A stretch of 64,000 nucleotides of DNA from Candidatus Krumholzibacteriia bacterium (GTDB lineage Bacteria; Krumholzibacteriota; Krumholzibacteriia; WVZY01), in the NCBI GenBank assembly GCA_046754105.1, contig JBHHVD010000001.1, positions 48,383 to 112,382 on the forward strand, read 5' to 3'. Both the position numbers and the translations under genes were made by a program. The notes beneath the pieces are model-generated. The model was given only the letters and a program-made list of their open reading frames with translations. It was not told the DNA's origin and did no database searches. The number at the start of each line of letters is the position of its first letter. Within the stretch, counting starts at the first letter, position 1. Below are positions 21,579 through 31,270 of the stretch, piece by piece.

Positions 21579-21962
21579 ATGGATAACCTAATAAAAAACA
21601 AGAAGATAGAAAGCTCCACCGACACGTGTGAAGTGCCGTTTGTCGACGAGGTCCGGGTGGCCGCGGTGCGGGCCGTGATGAAACCGCAAGCGGTGTTTCA
21701 TTCGATGGCCGAGATCTTCAAGGCGCTCTCTGACCCCACCCGGGTGCGGATACTCTACGCGCTCTCCGTGCGGGAGTTGTGCGTGTGTGACCTCGCCAAT
21801 CTGCTCGGCCGTTCCAGTTCGTCCATCTCGCACCAGCTGCGACTTCTCCGCCACATGAAGCTCGTGAGATTCAGGAAGGCGGGCAAGAGCACCTACTACT
21901 CGCTGGACGACGAGCACATTCACAACCTCTTCCGTGAAGGATTAAAGCACGCCGAGGAGTAG
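21579..21962 (+). CDS. ArsR/SmtB metalloregulatory repressor (CadC/ZiaR-like)
   Basis: [15 protein letters not shown] (alpha3 site), SHQLRLL, DEH...HAEE (alpha5 site). Confidence 0.95.
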   Translation: MDNLIKNKKIESSTDTCEVPFVDEVRVAAVRAVMKPQAVFHSMAEIFKALSDPTRVRILYALSVRELCVCDLANLLGRSSSSISHQLRLLRHMKLVRFRKAGKSTYYSLDDEHIHNLFREGLKHAEE

Positions 21963-22011
21963 TTTTCCTCCGAAAACTCCCCGCCTGCTGCCCGGAACCC
22001 TGGAATCGATC

Positions 22012-24117
22012 ATGCCCGAAAATTCCATAACCGTACAATTCGATATCGAGGGCCTGTGCTGCAACGATGACCAGGCCCTCATCGAGAAGAAAATGCGCGC
22101 GCTCGGCGGCGTCCGCGCGTGCGACGTCAACATCGTCAGCCAGGTACTGCGCGTGGAATACGACCCGGGCCGGCTGTCCCCACAGAGCATCATCAAGTCG
22201 GTTGCCGAAACGGGGATGAAGGCGCTCGCCGCCGACCGGCGGCATCCGCGGCCCGCGTGGTGGCGTGAACGCCGCGTCCTCCTGCTCGTGCTCTCGGGGC
22301 TCCTTACCGGCGCGGGTCTGATCACCGCGGCGGCGGGCGCCCACGTGTGGATCGCCCGATCACTCTACGCGCTCGGCATTGCGGCCGGCGGTTTTTACCC
22401 GGTTCGATCCGGTCTCTCGGCGGCACGGTCCTTTTCCATGAACATCAATACCCTGCTCATACTGGGTGTGGTCGGCGCGGTGGGCCTGGACTTGTGGGCG
22501 GAGGCTGCGGTCCTCGTCGTCGTGTACTCGCTGGGTAACGTGCTGGAGACCTTCGTCGTCCGCAAGGCGAGAGGAGCGATCAAGTCGTTTGTCCAGCTGA
22601 TGCCCAGGGAGGCCCTGGTCATTCGGGGAAGGAACGAGTCGCTCGTGGCGACGAAAGACCTGCGGGTGGGCGATACGGTGCGCGTTCGCCCGGGGGAAAA
22701 GATCCCGGTAGACGGCACGGTGATCGACGGCGAGTCCTACGTCGACGAATCGGCGGTCACCGGCGAACCGGTGCCGCTGCGCAAGACCGGCGGGCGGCGA
22801 GTGTTCGCCGGCACGATGAACCAGCAGGGTTCGTTCACCGCCCGCGTCGACAAGGAGGTGGAGGACACGACCCTCGCCAGGATCATCCACTCCGTCGAAG
22901 AAGCGCAAACCAGGAAGTCGCGCTACCAGCTCTTCGGCGAACGGTTCTCGCGCGTTTACACACCGGTGATGTTCCTGCTGGGTGCGATCGTGGCCGTGGT
23001 GCCGCCTCTGCTCTTCGGCGCCGCCTGGCAGGATTGGATCTACCGGGCGCTCGTGGTGTTTGTCGTATCGTGTTCGTGCGGGATCGCTCTGTCGGTGCCC
23101 GTGGCCGTCGTTGCGGCCGTCGGCAACGCGGCCCGTCACGGTATCTTGATGAAGGGCGGTCTCTACCTGGAGAAGACGGCACGAATAAAGGTCGTGGCCT
23201 TCGACAAGACCGGCACGCTCACCATCGGCAGGCCTTCGTTGCAACACGTCGTCACCGGCGACGGCGCATCGGGAGAGGAAATCCTGTCGCTGGCCGCTTC
23301 GATGGAATCCATGTCGGAACACCCCCTCGGAGAGGCCATCGTCCGCAGGGCGAGGGAATCGGACGTGTACCGCGACCGGAAGGTGTCTGATTTCGAAGCC
23401 GTCCCCGGCCGTGGTGTCCGCGCGCGTGTCGACGGGCACGAGTACCTCCTGGGCAATCGAAGGTTTTTCGAGGAGGCGCGCGTCGCCCTCGGCGGACTGG
23501 CAGCGGCCATCGCGGACTTCGAGTCGCAAGCGCACACGCCCGTCATTTTCGGCACGCGGCAGAGCGTGCTGGGCGTGTTCGCCATTTCCGATTCGTTGAA
23601 GCTCGAGTCCCGGGACTCGGTGGCCCGGCTCAAGGCGCGCGGGCTGCGGGTCACCATGCTGACCGGGGATACGGCAGGCACGGCCGCGGCGGTGGCACTC
23701 TCCGCGGGTATCGGTCGTTACCGCTCGGAGCTCCTGCCGCAAGACAAGATCCGCGCCGTGACCGAGATCCAGGGCACCGTCGGCGCCGTGATGATGGTGG
23801 GAGACGGCATCAACGACGCCCCCGCCATGGCCGTGGCCGACATCGGCGTTGCGATGGGCGCGGCCGGCACGGACGTGGCGATGGAAACCGGCGATGTCGT
23901 GCTCCTCACCGACGATCTGTCGCGCCTGCACCGGCTCTTCGGGCTGGGTCGCCGGACGGTGCGCACCATCCACCAGAATATCTTCTTTTCCCTCTTCGTA
24001 ATCGCAGTTCTGGTGCCCGCCGCGCTCTTCGGGCGGATCGATTTGCTGTCCGGACTGCTGATCAACGAGGGGGGCGCCATCCTCGTTATTCTGAACGGGT
24101 TGAGGCTTCTGAAGTGA
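22012..24117 (+). CDS. Heavy-metal-translocating P1B-type ATPase
   Basis: N-terminal HMA domain, [21 protein letters not shown]. Confidence 0.95.
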   Translation: MPENSITVQFDIEGLCCNDDQALIEKKMRALGGVRACDVNIVSQVLRVEYDPGRLSPQSIIKSVAETGMKALAADRRHPRPAWWRERRVLLLVLSGLLTGAGLITAAAGAHVWIARSLYALGIAAGGFYPVRSGLSAARSFSMNINTLLILGVVGAVGLDLWAEAAVLVVVYSLGNVLETFVVRKARGAIKSFVQLMPREALVIRGRNESLVATKDLRVGDTVRVRPGEKIPVDGTVIDGESYVDESAVTGEPVPLRKTGGRRVFAGTMNQQGSFTARVDKEVEDTTLARIIHSVEEAQTRKSRYQLFGERFSRVYTPVMFLLGAIVAVVPPLLFGAAWQDWIYRALVVFVVSCSCGIALSVPVAVVAAVGNAARHGILMKGGLYLEKTARIKVVAFDKTGTLTIGRPSLQHVVTGDGASGEEILSLAASMESMSEHPLGEAIVRRARESDVYRDRKVSDFEAVPGRGVRARVDGHEYLLGNRRFFEEARVALGGLAAAIADFESQAHTPVIFGTRQSVLGVFAISDSLKLESRDSVARLKARGLRVTMLTGDTAGTAAAVALSAGIGRYRSELLPQDKIRAVTEIQGTVGAVMMVGDGINDAPAMAVADIGVAMGAAGTDVAMETGDVVLLTDDLSRLHRLFGLGRRTVRTIHQNIFFSLFVIAVLVPAALFGRIDLLSGLLINEGGAILVILNGLRLLK

Positions 24118-24257
24118 GCGCCGCCCGCCGCACATCGTATGCACGGTGGCCGCGCCGGCCCGCCGGGCAGAGCAGACGGTCGCCGCCGCGCGTGCCGCCG
24201 ACGATTTGTACCGTGCAATGACGAACGGCCTGCCGAGTAGCAGCACCAGAACACGGG

Positions 24258-25295
24258 CTACGGTCGGTTTCCCTCCGTCGTCCGGATCGAGTCCGCGAGC
24301 GCGGCTGCGATGATACGATGCGCTACGGCGCCCCACACGTGGCCCTCCGCAGAGTTGAAATCGCGCACACCTTCGAACCACGGCGTCACCTCGATATAGT
24401 CGAGATCTCCCCGGCGGTCCATTTCCAACACGGTGTTCTTGATGTGCGGGTGCCGATCCAGCTGTTCGTTGACTGCGATCATCACGAGCGCGGCCCCATC
24501 ACGCTTGAGACCCGCCGCGAACTGCCCCAACAACTCGGCGTAGAACCGCTCCTGCATCGGCACTTCGTCCCCATCGGTGCGAGTGTCGTACTCACGTTCC
24601 TTCTGTTTGACCCTGGTAGCCTTCAGCATGAGATAGACGCGGTTTCTAAAAAAATTGTAGAGCTGCGACCGCTGAATGATCGAGCGTGACAGGTATTTCT
24701 TGGCCCAGTTGATTCCGCCGTCCCCGTCGACGAACTCGAGCCGGCCGTCCTCGACGCGAGTCACCATGTTGTTGAAATTGTCCTCGGGGTCGTTCGAGCA
24801 GTACTGCAAGACGACTATTTCGGGGTGAAACAAACTGCCGAAATCGTAGTAACGCCGCACCTCCTGAGTGAGCCCCCAGCCGGGGTTTCCGAGGTTGACG
24901 ACGTCGTATCGTCCGTCCAGCTCTCTCGCCAGCCGCTGCGGATATTCCTCGCCGTCGTCGACACCCATGCCGAACGTGTACGAGTCTCCGAGGGTAACGA
25001 TTGTCGGCTTTTGCGGAGGGCTCGTCAGCTCGACCGCGTCACCGCGGTAACCCTGTTTGTTGATCGTGTAATGAAACTTGTACCTGCCGGGAACGGAATG
25101 AACCATGCGCGTGTTCTCGAAAAGCACAAACCCGTACCTGGGCGAGTACTTGTAGCGGGGCGAAAGGTACTCCACGGGGCTGAACAACCTCAGAGTCACC
25201 TCGCCCGCCGCGAGGACGAATACCGCCGTAATCGCCAACATGAATATATACAAGCGCAACTTCTTGATGCCGTTTTCCCCTATGTGTGGGTTCAT
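24258..25295 (-). CDS. Membrane-anchored SGNH/GDSL hydrolase family protein
   Basis: N-terminal TM, INKQGYRG, LGDSYTFG, NLGNPGW, YCSND, EGHVW; start uncertain. Confidence 0.85.
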   Translation of the reverse strand: MNPHIGENGIKKLRLYIFMLAITAVFVLAAGEVTLRLFSPVEYLSPRYKYSPRYGFVLFENTRMVHSVPGRYKFHYTINKQGYRGDAVELTSPPQKPTIVTLGDSYTFGMGVDDGEEYPQRLARELDGRYDVVNLGNPGWGLTQEVRRYYDFGSLFHPEIVVLQYCSNDPEDNFNNMVTRVEDGRLEFVDGDGGINWAKKYLSRSIIQRSQLYNFFRNRVYLMLKATRVKQKEREYDTRTDGDEVPMQERFYAELLGQFAAGLKRDGAALVMIAVNEQLDRHPHIKNTVLEMDRRGDLDYIEVTPWFEGVRDFNSAEGHVWGAVAHRIIAAALADSIRTTEGNRP

Positions 25296-25472
25296 GCCGG
25301 ACCACCAGTATACCGTTCGCAGGCGACCCCCTTCAACATCTTCGCGGCTCCCGAGCGGGCAAGACACGGGCCCGCGGGCCCGTGGCGCGCCAATTGCCCC
25401 GTCGTCACGAGGCCGCCGCCCCGTTGGGCGTCTCGTACAGCGTATGGGTCGCACCCCCGGCATCGTGGCATG

Positions 25473-25502
25473 TTGACTTACCCTACCATCCGCCTTTATA
25501 CT
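25473..25502 (+). promoter_or_regulatory. Putative sigma70 promoter of the M28 peptidase gene
   Basis: TTGACT (25473-25478), 18 bp, TATACT (25497-25502). Confidence 0.6.
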
Positions 25503-25567
25503 CGGGCGCGCAAATCACCGGTCTTACGCCGCGCCCACTTCGCCGCAGCCAGGAAAAGGACGAACCC

Positions 25568-27277
25568 ATGAAAGCTCCCAGGTCCCTGCTTTTTTTCGCG
25601 ATCCTCATGTCTGCACCGCTGGTCTCGTGTCACCCGCACGATTCCTCCGCGGAGCACCCCTCTGCGGGTCCCGCTCGCCAATCGATCGAGACGATGGCGG
25701 CCGGGTTCTCGGCCGACCGTCTCCGGACGCACATCGAGTACCTGTCCGCGGACGAGCTCGAAGGCCGTTCGCCGGGTTCCGAGGGAGAGGCTCTCACGCT
25801 CGATTACCTGGCCGAACAGTACCGGGAGATGGGACTGTCACCGGGCAACCCGGACGGCTCCTTCCTGCAGGAAGTGCCGCTCATCGGCTCCACCGTGATC
25901 AACCGGCCGCCGTTGAGATTGGAATCCGGGGACGGGGTTGTCGAGCTCCGCTACATGGAGGACTTCATGGGCTGGACGCTTCGCAAACAGGAAAACGTGT
26001 CGGTGGACGACGCGGAGCTGGTGTTCGTGGGGTACGGGATCGTCGCGCCCGAGTACGACTGGAACGACTACAAGGACGTAGACGTAGCGGGCAAGGTCAT
26101 CGTTATGCTCGTAGGTGACCCACCGCTGCCCGACACAACGCTTTTCGGCGGCCGCGCGATGACCTACTACGGTCGCTGGACGTACAAGTTCGAGATTGCG
26201 GCGGAGAAAGGAGCGGCCGGGGCGATCGTGATCCACGAGGACGCGGCGGCCGGCTACCCGTGGGAAGTCGTGTCAAATTCATGGTCAGGCGAGCAGTTTG
26301 ACATCGAGCGTCCCGGGAAGGGTGCGGATCGTTGTGCCCTGGAGAGCTGGATCACCACGCCGTCCGCGACGCGCGTGTTCGAGGGCGCCGGGCTCGAGCT
26401 GGCCCACATGTACGAATCGGCGTTGTCGAGAGAATTCCGCCCGGTTCCACTGGGAATAAACGCCCGATGCGCGATCCGAAGCACCTTTCGCAATATTCGA
26501 TCGTATAATCTCGTGGCACGTCTCGAAGGTACCGACGCGAAGCTCAAGGACGAGTGTATTATTTATACCGCCCACTGGGACCACCTCGGCATGGGCAACC
26601 CGGCGCAGGGGGACTCCATCTACAACGGCGCGCTGGACAACGCGACAGGTGTCGCAGCCACGCTGGAGATCGCGAGGGCGTTCGTAGCCAATAGACGGCT
26701 GGCCCGCCGCTCGATACTCTTCGTCAATACGACGGGGGAAGAAAGCGGGCTCCTCGGATCGAAGCATTACGCGGAACACCCGCTCTACCCGCTGGCCAGC
26801 ACCGTTGCCATGATCAATATCGACGGACTCAACGTCTGGGGCCGAACGAAAGACGTCGTCGTGATCGGGTACGGTTTCTCCGATCTCGACCAATACCTCG
26901 GCCGGGCCATCCGCGCCGAGAACCGCTACCTCAAGCCCGACTCGGAACCAGAGAAGGGCTACTACTATCGCTCCGACCATTTCCCCTTTGCGAAGAAAGG
27001 TGTCCCCGCGCTGTACGCGGATAGCGGCACCGAATTCGTGGACAGACCCGGCGACTGGGGCAGCAAGGTCCGCGACGAGTACACGCGGACCCGATACCAC
27101 AAGCCGCAGGACGAGTTCGATCCGGAATGGAACCTCAGCGGGGCCGTCGAGGACCTGAATGCGTACTTCCGCGTCGGGATGATGATCGCCGCCGCCGACG
27201 CCTATCCGAGGTGGAGCGCCAGGAGTGAGTTCCGCGAAATCAGGGAGCGATCCCTGCGGGCGAGCGGCCGCAAGTAG
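25568..27277 (+). CDS. M28 family metallopeptidase with PA domain, probable lipoprotein
   Basis: Signal ending LVSC; AHWDHLG, NGALDNATG, GEESGLLGS, RSDH, YHKPQDE. Confidence 0.92.
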   Translation: MKAPRSLLFFAILMSAPLVSCHPHDSSAEHPSAGPARQSIETMAAGFSADRLRTHIEYLSADELEGRSPGSEGEALTLDYLAEQYREMGLSPGNPDGSFLQEVPLIGSTVINRPPLRLESGDGVVELRYMEDFMGWTLRKQENVSVDDAELVFVGYGIVAPEYDWNDYKDVDVAGKVIVMLVGDPPLPDTTLFGGRAMTYYGRWTYKFEIAAEKGAAGAIVIHEDAAAGYPWEVVSNSWSGEQFDIERPGKGADRCALESWITTPSATRVFEGAGLELAHMYESALSREFRPVPLGINARCAIRSTFRNIRSYNLVARLEGTDAKLKDECIIYTAHWDHLGMGNPAQGDSIYNGALDNATGVAATLEIARAFVANRRLARRSILFVNTTGEESGLLGSKHYAEHPLYPLASTVAMINIDGLNVWGRTKDVVVIGYGFSDLDQYLGRAIRAENRYLKPDSEPEKGYYYRSDHFPFAKKGVPALYADSGTEFVDRPGDWGSKVRDEYTRTRYHKPQDEFDPEWNLSGAVEDLNAYFRVGMMIAAADAYPRWSARSEFREIRERSLRASGRK

Positions 27278-27369
27278 TCCGCGTCTCGCGCGACCAGTAT
27301 TAGCCAACCAATTATCTTCAAGTTGGTTACCCGCTTCCCGGCCGACCGGGCACCCGTACTCTGGTCGAG

Positions 27370-27402
27370 AAACTTGACTTTTGTCAAGTTTTGTCGGATA
27401 AT
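27370..27402 (+). promoter_or_regulatory. Putative sigma70 promoter overlapped by a perfect palindromic operator
   Basis: AAACTTGAC-TTTT-GTCAAGTTT (27370-27391); TTGACT (27374-27379), 17 bp, GATAAT (27397-27402). Confidence 0.6.
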
Positions 27403-27576
27403 ACGCTTCCTCCGTGCCACAAGTTTGCGAGCCTCAAATCGTCCGCGCAGCTCCCACTCCTGCGCGGGCAATCGCATGTTGCAGAAGGTGGCATCGAGAT
27501 TCCTTCTAGCCACATTTCGATCTAGAGAACCAGTCGCCGAATGACAGGATGTCGTCGGCGGAAAGGAGATCGTCCA

Positions 27577-28293
27577 ATGAGAACCGTCAGCGGACTCCTG
27601 TTCGTTCTGTGTCTCGCCATGCCGGCCCTCGCCGGTCCGCCCATCAATGGCGTCTACCAGTCGACCGACCTCGGTGGCCCCATGCTGGCGGGACGCTACA
27701 GCGTGTCGTGGACCGCGCCGAACGGCGCCTTATCCGTGGGCAATACGACAGACAAGTTTTCGTGGGACGGGCTGACGCTCGGAACCCAGTGGTGGATGTA
27801 CTGTGCCGAGCTCGCGATTCCTCCGAGTTTGATCGATGACACGGTCGATGTGAACGGGAACGGCACGCAGACCTGGTCCGGCACCTTCACCGGCGGATTC
27901 TGCATCCTGGCCGGCAACGGCCCGTGGGGTGACGGGTCGCAGCCCTCGTACATGGCGCCGTACACGTCATATTCGGAGGTCAAAACCCTGACGTTCTCGA
28001 ACTTCCAGGTGGTCGGAGTCGTAAGCAGCGTCAATGTCCAGGCGGGGCCTTTCGTCGGCTTCAACAACGCGTGCATGTCCCTCTCGATTTCCAACCAGGA
28101 TGAACTTGCCACGACCGATACGGCGGCGCTGCCGGCGGATTTTCCGGGCTTTATAGACCCGCTCACCTGCTCGTCGACCCGGACCATGGGTAGTTGGGGT
28201 ACCTCGGACGGGTTTACGCTGGTCATCCTGGGATGCACGGTACCCGTCGAGGAATCCACGTGGGGTGCGATCAAGGCCCTCTACAACGAATAG
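27577..28293 (+). CDS. Secreted beta-rich hypothetical protein ending VPVEESTWGAIKALYNE
   Basis: SD AAAGGAG; signal peptide ending ALA; paralog of next gene. Confidence 0.85.
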   Translation: MRTVSGLLFVLCLAMPALAGPPINGVYQSTDLGGPMLAGRYSVSWTAPNGALSVGNTTDKFSWDGLTLGTQWWMYCAELAIPPSLIDDTVDVNGNGTQTWSGTFTGGFCILAGNGPWGDGSQPSYMAPYTSYSEVKTLTFSNFQVVGVVSSVNVQAGPFVGFNNACMSLSISNQDELATTDTAALPADFPGFIDPLTCSSTRTMGSWGTSDGFTLVILGCTVPVEESTWGAIKALYNE

Positions 28294-28330
28294 CGGTAAT
28301 ACGCCACTTTTCGGTGACAGGAGGATAACG

Positions 28331-29026
28331 ATGAGAATTGCGAAAAAAATTTTGTTGCTCTTGGCGGTTTTCGCGGCGTTGGCGGTTTCGTCCCGCGCCG
28401 GCGCACCCATTCAGGGGACGTACAAGAGCTCCGCGGGTCAGGTAATGGCTGGGCGCTACGCGGAGTCATTCGCGAACGCGGGTGAGTTTCTCACCCCCGG
28501 CAACGTGATGACGACGGAATCATGGAATGGAGCGTCGCTCGCTACGCAGTATTTCTTTTCCTGCCCGCAGCTGGTCTCCGTCAACCTCGTCCAGGACAAC
28601 ACGGGCGGAACCGGAAACGGCTCCATCATCTGGTCGAAGGTCTACCTGGGAGGCGCGTTCTTTATGAACGGCGCGGGCGAGGCCTGGGACGGCGGCGACG
28701 CGACCTACTCCGGCGTGATCGATACGTATACCGAGCGCGTCACCGTTCTCTTCATCGGCGGGGTCAGGGTGTCCGCGACGTCAAACATCGAGGGGAGCGG
28801 GCGCTTCAACGGCTTTCCCAACGCGTGCATCAGCTGGATTGCAAACGGGGTGGACGTGGCGGGCGCCAAGCCGGCCGGATTTCCCGACTACGTCGATTCC
28901 TCGTGCAATCCGAATCGCGTCTTCGGCCGCTTCGGCAACCGTACTGATTATACGATCAATGTCATCCCCTGCGTTGTGCCGGTCGAGGACGCCACGTGGG
29001 GACACATCAAGGCCCTGTACGAGTAG
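28331..29026 (+). CDS. Secreted beta-rich hypothetical protein ending VPVEDATWGHIKALYE
   Basis: SD GGAGG; signal peptide; collinear with 27577..28293. Confidence 0.85.
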   Translation: MRIAKKILLLLAVFAALAVSSRAGAPIQGTYKSSAGQVMAGRYAESFANAGEFLTPGNVMTTESWNGASLATQYFFSCPQLVSVNLVQDNTGGTGNGSIIWSKVYLGGAFFMNGAGEAWDGGDATYSGVIDTYTERVTVLFIGGVRVSATSNIEGSGRFNGFPNACISWIANGVDVAGAKPAGFPDYVDSSCNPNRVFGRFGNRTDYTINVIPCVVPVEDATWGHIKALYE

Positions 29027-29068
29027 AGGGAAACAAACGTGGGCACAGCCCGGCCCGCGCCGGCGGCC

Positions 29069-30547
29069 TTAAATAAAGAACCGGCCGGCCAGGTAGATGA
29101 ACAGCGTCACCACGACGATCGCGGCCAGGTTCAACCACAACCCCGCGCCGGCCATCTCGGCAACGGTAAGGCGCCGGGTGCCGAACACGATGGCGTTCGG
29201 CGGCGTTGCCACCGGCAACATGAACGCGCACGAGGCAGCAAGCGTCGCCGGCGCCATGAGCAACAGCGGTGGTACGCCGATGACCGTGCTGAGCGAGGCA
29301 ATGATCGGCAGCACGACCTGCGTGGTAGCCGTGTTGGAGGTAAGCTCGGTGAGGAACGTGATCAGACCACACACCGCCAGCACCATCAGAACCGTCGGCA
29401 GCCCCTGCAGGGCGGCGAGTTGTCCGCCGAGGTAGGCGGACAGACCCGACTCCTGGAATCCCTTCGCCAGGGCGAACCCGCCGCCAAGAAGTACGACGAT
29501 ATCCCACGGCAGCTTCGCCACCATCCCTCGATCCATGATGAACTCGGGCCTGCCCCTTGCGGGCACCAGGAAGAGTGTCAGGGCGACGGCGATGGCGACC
29601 GTGCCGTCATCGATGAACGAGACGTCCCCGAACAGTGACGCCCAGCCGTGCAGCACCGTGTTGCCGAGCGTGATATCAGCCCTCGTCACAAGCAACAGCG
29701 CGAAGAGCGCGAACGCGGCCAGGACGACTTTTTCCTCGAAGGACGGCCGTCCCAGGGCCCGGTATTCCCGCTCGAGAACCTCGGGATCCACCCCGAAGGC
29801 GATGCGCCGGGTCAACCGAAGCCGGAGCACGGCATAGGTCACCAGGAAGAGCAGCGCGGAAACCGGCAGCCCGAGCGACATCCACGAGAGAAACGTAATC
29901 TCCCGGGCCTCCGGGAACGAGATGGAATAGATTCTCGCCAGGGACAAATTCGGGGCGGTTCCTACCAGCGTGGCCATGCCACCGATCGATGCCGCGTAGG
30001 CGACGCCGAGCAGGAGGGCGACCTGGAGCTTTTTCACGTCGCCCGCGGCCGTCTCCTCGAGCTTCACGAGGAGTGCGACCACGATCGGCACCATCATCAT
30101 CGCCGTCGCCGTATTTGAAATCCACATCGACAACAGCCAGCTCCCCAGCATAAAACCGAGGAGGAGCCGGTTTGGGCTCTTGCCGACGGCCAGGATGACC
30201 TTGAGCGCAATGCGGCGGTGAAGATTCCAGCGCTCCATGGCAAGCGCAATGATGAACCCGCCGATGAACAGAAAAAGAATGTTGTTGAGGTAGAGCGGCG
30301 CCACTTCCCTGCCCTTCATGATGCCCAGCGCGGGGAAGAGGGCGATCGGGAACAGTGCAGTCACGGCGAGCGGTATCGCGTCGGTAAGCCAGAATATCGC
30401 CATCAACACGCCGACGGCCAGAGTCCTGGCGACGGCGGGGTGCTCCGGATCCACACGGACGAACACGAGCAGTATCAGGAAGACGGTCAATCCCGCCAGG
30501 ACATACGCGCGACGGCGATTCATACGCAATGCGAGCGGTTTCTCCAT
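29069..30547 (-). CDS. SLC13/DASS di-/tricarboxylate or sulfate transporter
   Basis: SMWISNTAT, GGMATLVGTAPN, TELTSNTAT, MLPVATPPNA. Confidence 0.93.
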   Translation of the reverse strand: MEKPLALRMNRRRAYVLAGLTVFLILLVFVRVDPEHPAVARTLAVGVLMAIFWLTDAIPLAVTALFPIALFPALGIMKGREVAPLYLNNILFLFIGGFIIALAMERWNLHRRIALKVILAVGKSPNRLLLGFMLGSWLLSMWISNTATAMMMVPIVVALLVKLEETAAGDVKKLQVALLLGVAYAASIGGMATLVGTAPNLSLARIYSISFPEAREITFLSWMSLGLPVSALLFLVTYAVLRLRLTRRIAFGVDPEVLEREYRALGRPSFEEKVVLAAFALFALLLVTRADITLGNTVLHGWASLFGDVSFIDDGTVAIAVALTLFLVPARGRPEFIMDRGMVAKLPWDIVVLLGGGFALAKGFQESGLSAYLGGQLAALQGLPTVLMVLAVCGLITFLTELTSNTATTQVVLPIIASLSTVIGVPPLLLMAPATLAASCAFMLPVATPPNAIVFGTRRLTVAEMAGAGLWLNLAAIVVVTLFIYLAGRFFI

Positions 30548-30552
30548 TGACA

Positions 30553-31176
30553 CTAGCCGGCGCTTCCAGCCGTGGGTACGCCGTCCATACCAGCCCACAG
30601 ATACCAGGTCGCTACGGTGCGGTAGGGTCGCCAGCGGTCCGTGATCTCCGCCAGATTCGTGTCCCCCGGGCGCCGGTAGTGTCGCTCGATCGCCTTGCGC
30701 AGCCCCAGGTCGCCCAGGGGAAAGACGTCGGGGCGGTTCAAACCGAATATGAGGAACATCTCCGCGCTCCATCTGCCGATGCCTCGCACGCGCGTCAACT
30801 CGCTCACTATTTCCTCATCGCTGAGACGTCTTATCTCTCGGCGCGGAAAGCGATCGGATTCGAAGTATCGCGCCAGTTCGACGACGTACTCCGCCTTGCG
30901 CCGCGAGAGACCGGCTGCGATGAGTTGCGCGCTCGAAACCCGCAGGAAGTCGGCCGGCTTGGGATGGCGCCCGCCGATAGCTCTCAACAGGCGCCTGTGA
31001 ATCGCACAGGCCGCTTTCCAGCTGAGCTGTTGCCAGACGATCGATTCGAACAGCGCAACAAAATAACTTCTTGCCCGCCTCAGCCGGCACGGCCCGATTT
31101 CCGCGATGAGGTGCCTCATGGTCGGATCGCAGCGGGCGAGGTATTCGCACGCCCGGTCGAAATCTCCCGGATTCAA
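30553..31176 (-). CDS. alkA: DNA-3-methyladenine glycosylase II family (HhH-GPD)
   Basis: IVWQQLS, HhH LTRVRGIGRWSAEM, DVFPLGDLG, WRPYRT. Confidence 0.88.
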   Translation of the reverse strand: MNPGDFDRACEYLARCDPTMRHLIAEIGPCRLRRARSYFVALFESIVWQQLSWKAACAIHRRLLRAIGGRHPKPADFLRVSSAQLIAAGLSRRKAEYVVELARYFESDRFPRREIRRLSDEEIVSELTRVRGIGRWSAEMFLIFGLNRPDVFPLGDLGLRKAIERHYRRPGDTNLAEITDRWRPYRTVATWYLWAGMDGVPTAGSAG

Positions 31177-31270
31177 CGGGTGATCCTTTCACTGATTGCG
31201 TTGAAATGGCAGGTGTCGTTTGTTAGCTTACAACAATGATGACGACGTTGCAAAGACCGGGGACCCGGAA

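Noticed and set aside
28240..29026. TWG tail as PEP-CTERM, LPXTG or T9SS CTD
   Set aside because: No TM helix or basic cluster follows, and it is far shorter than the T9SS CTD.
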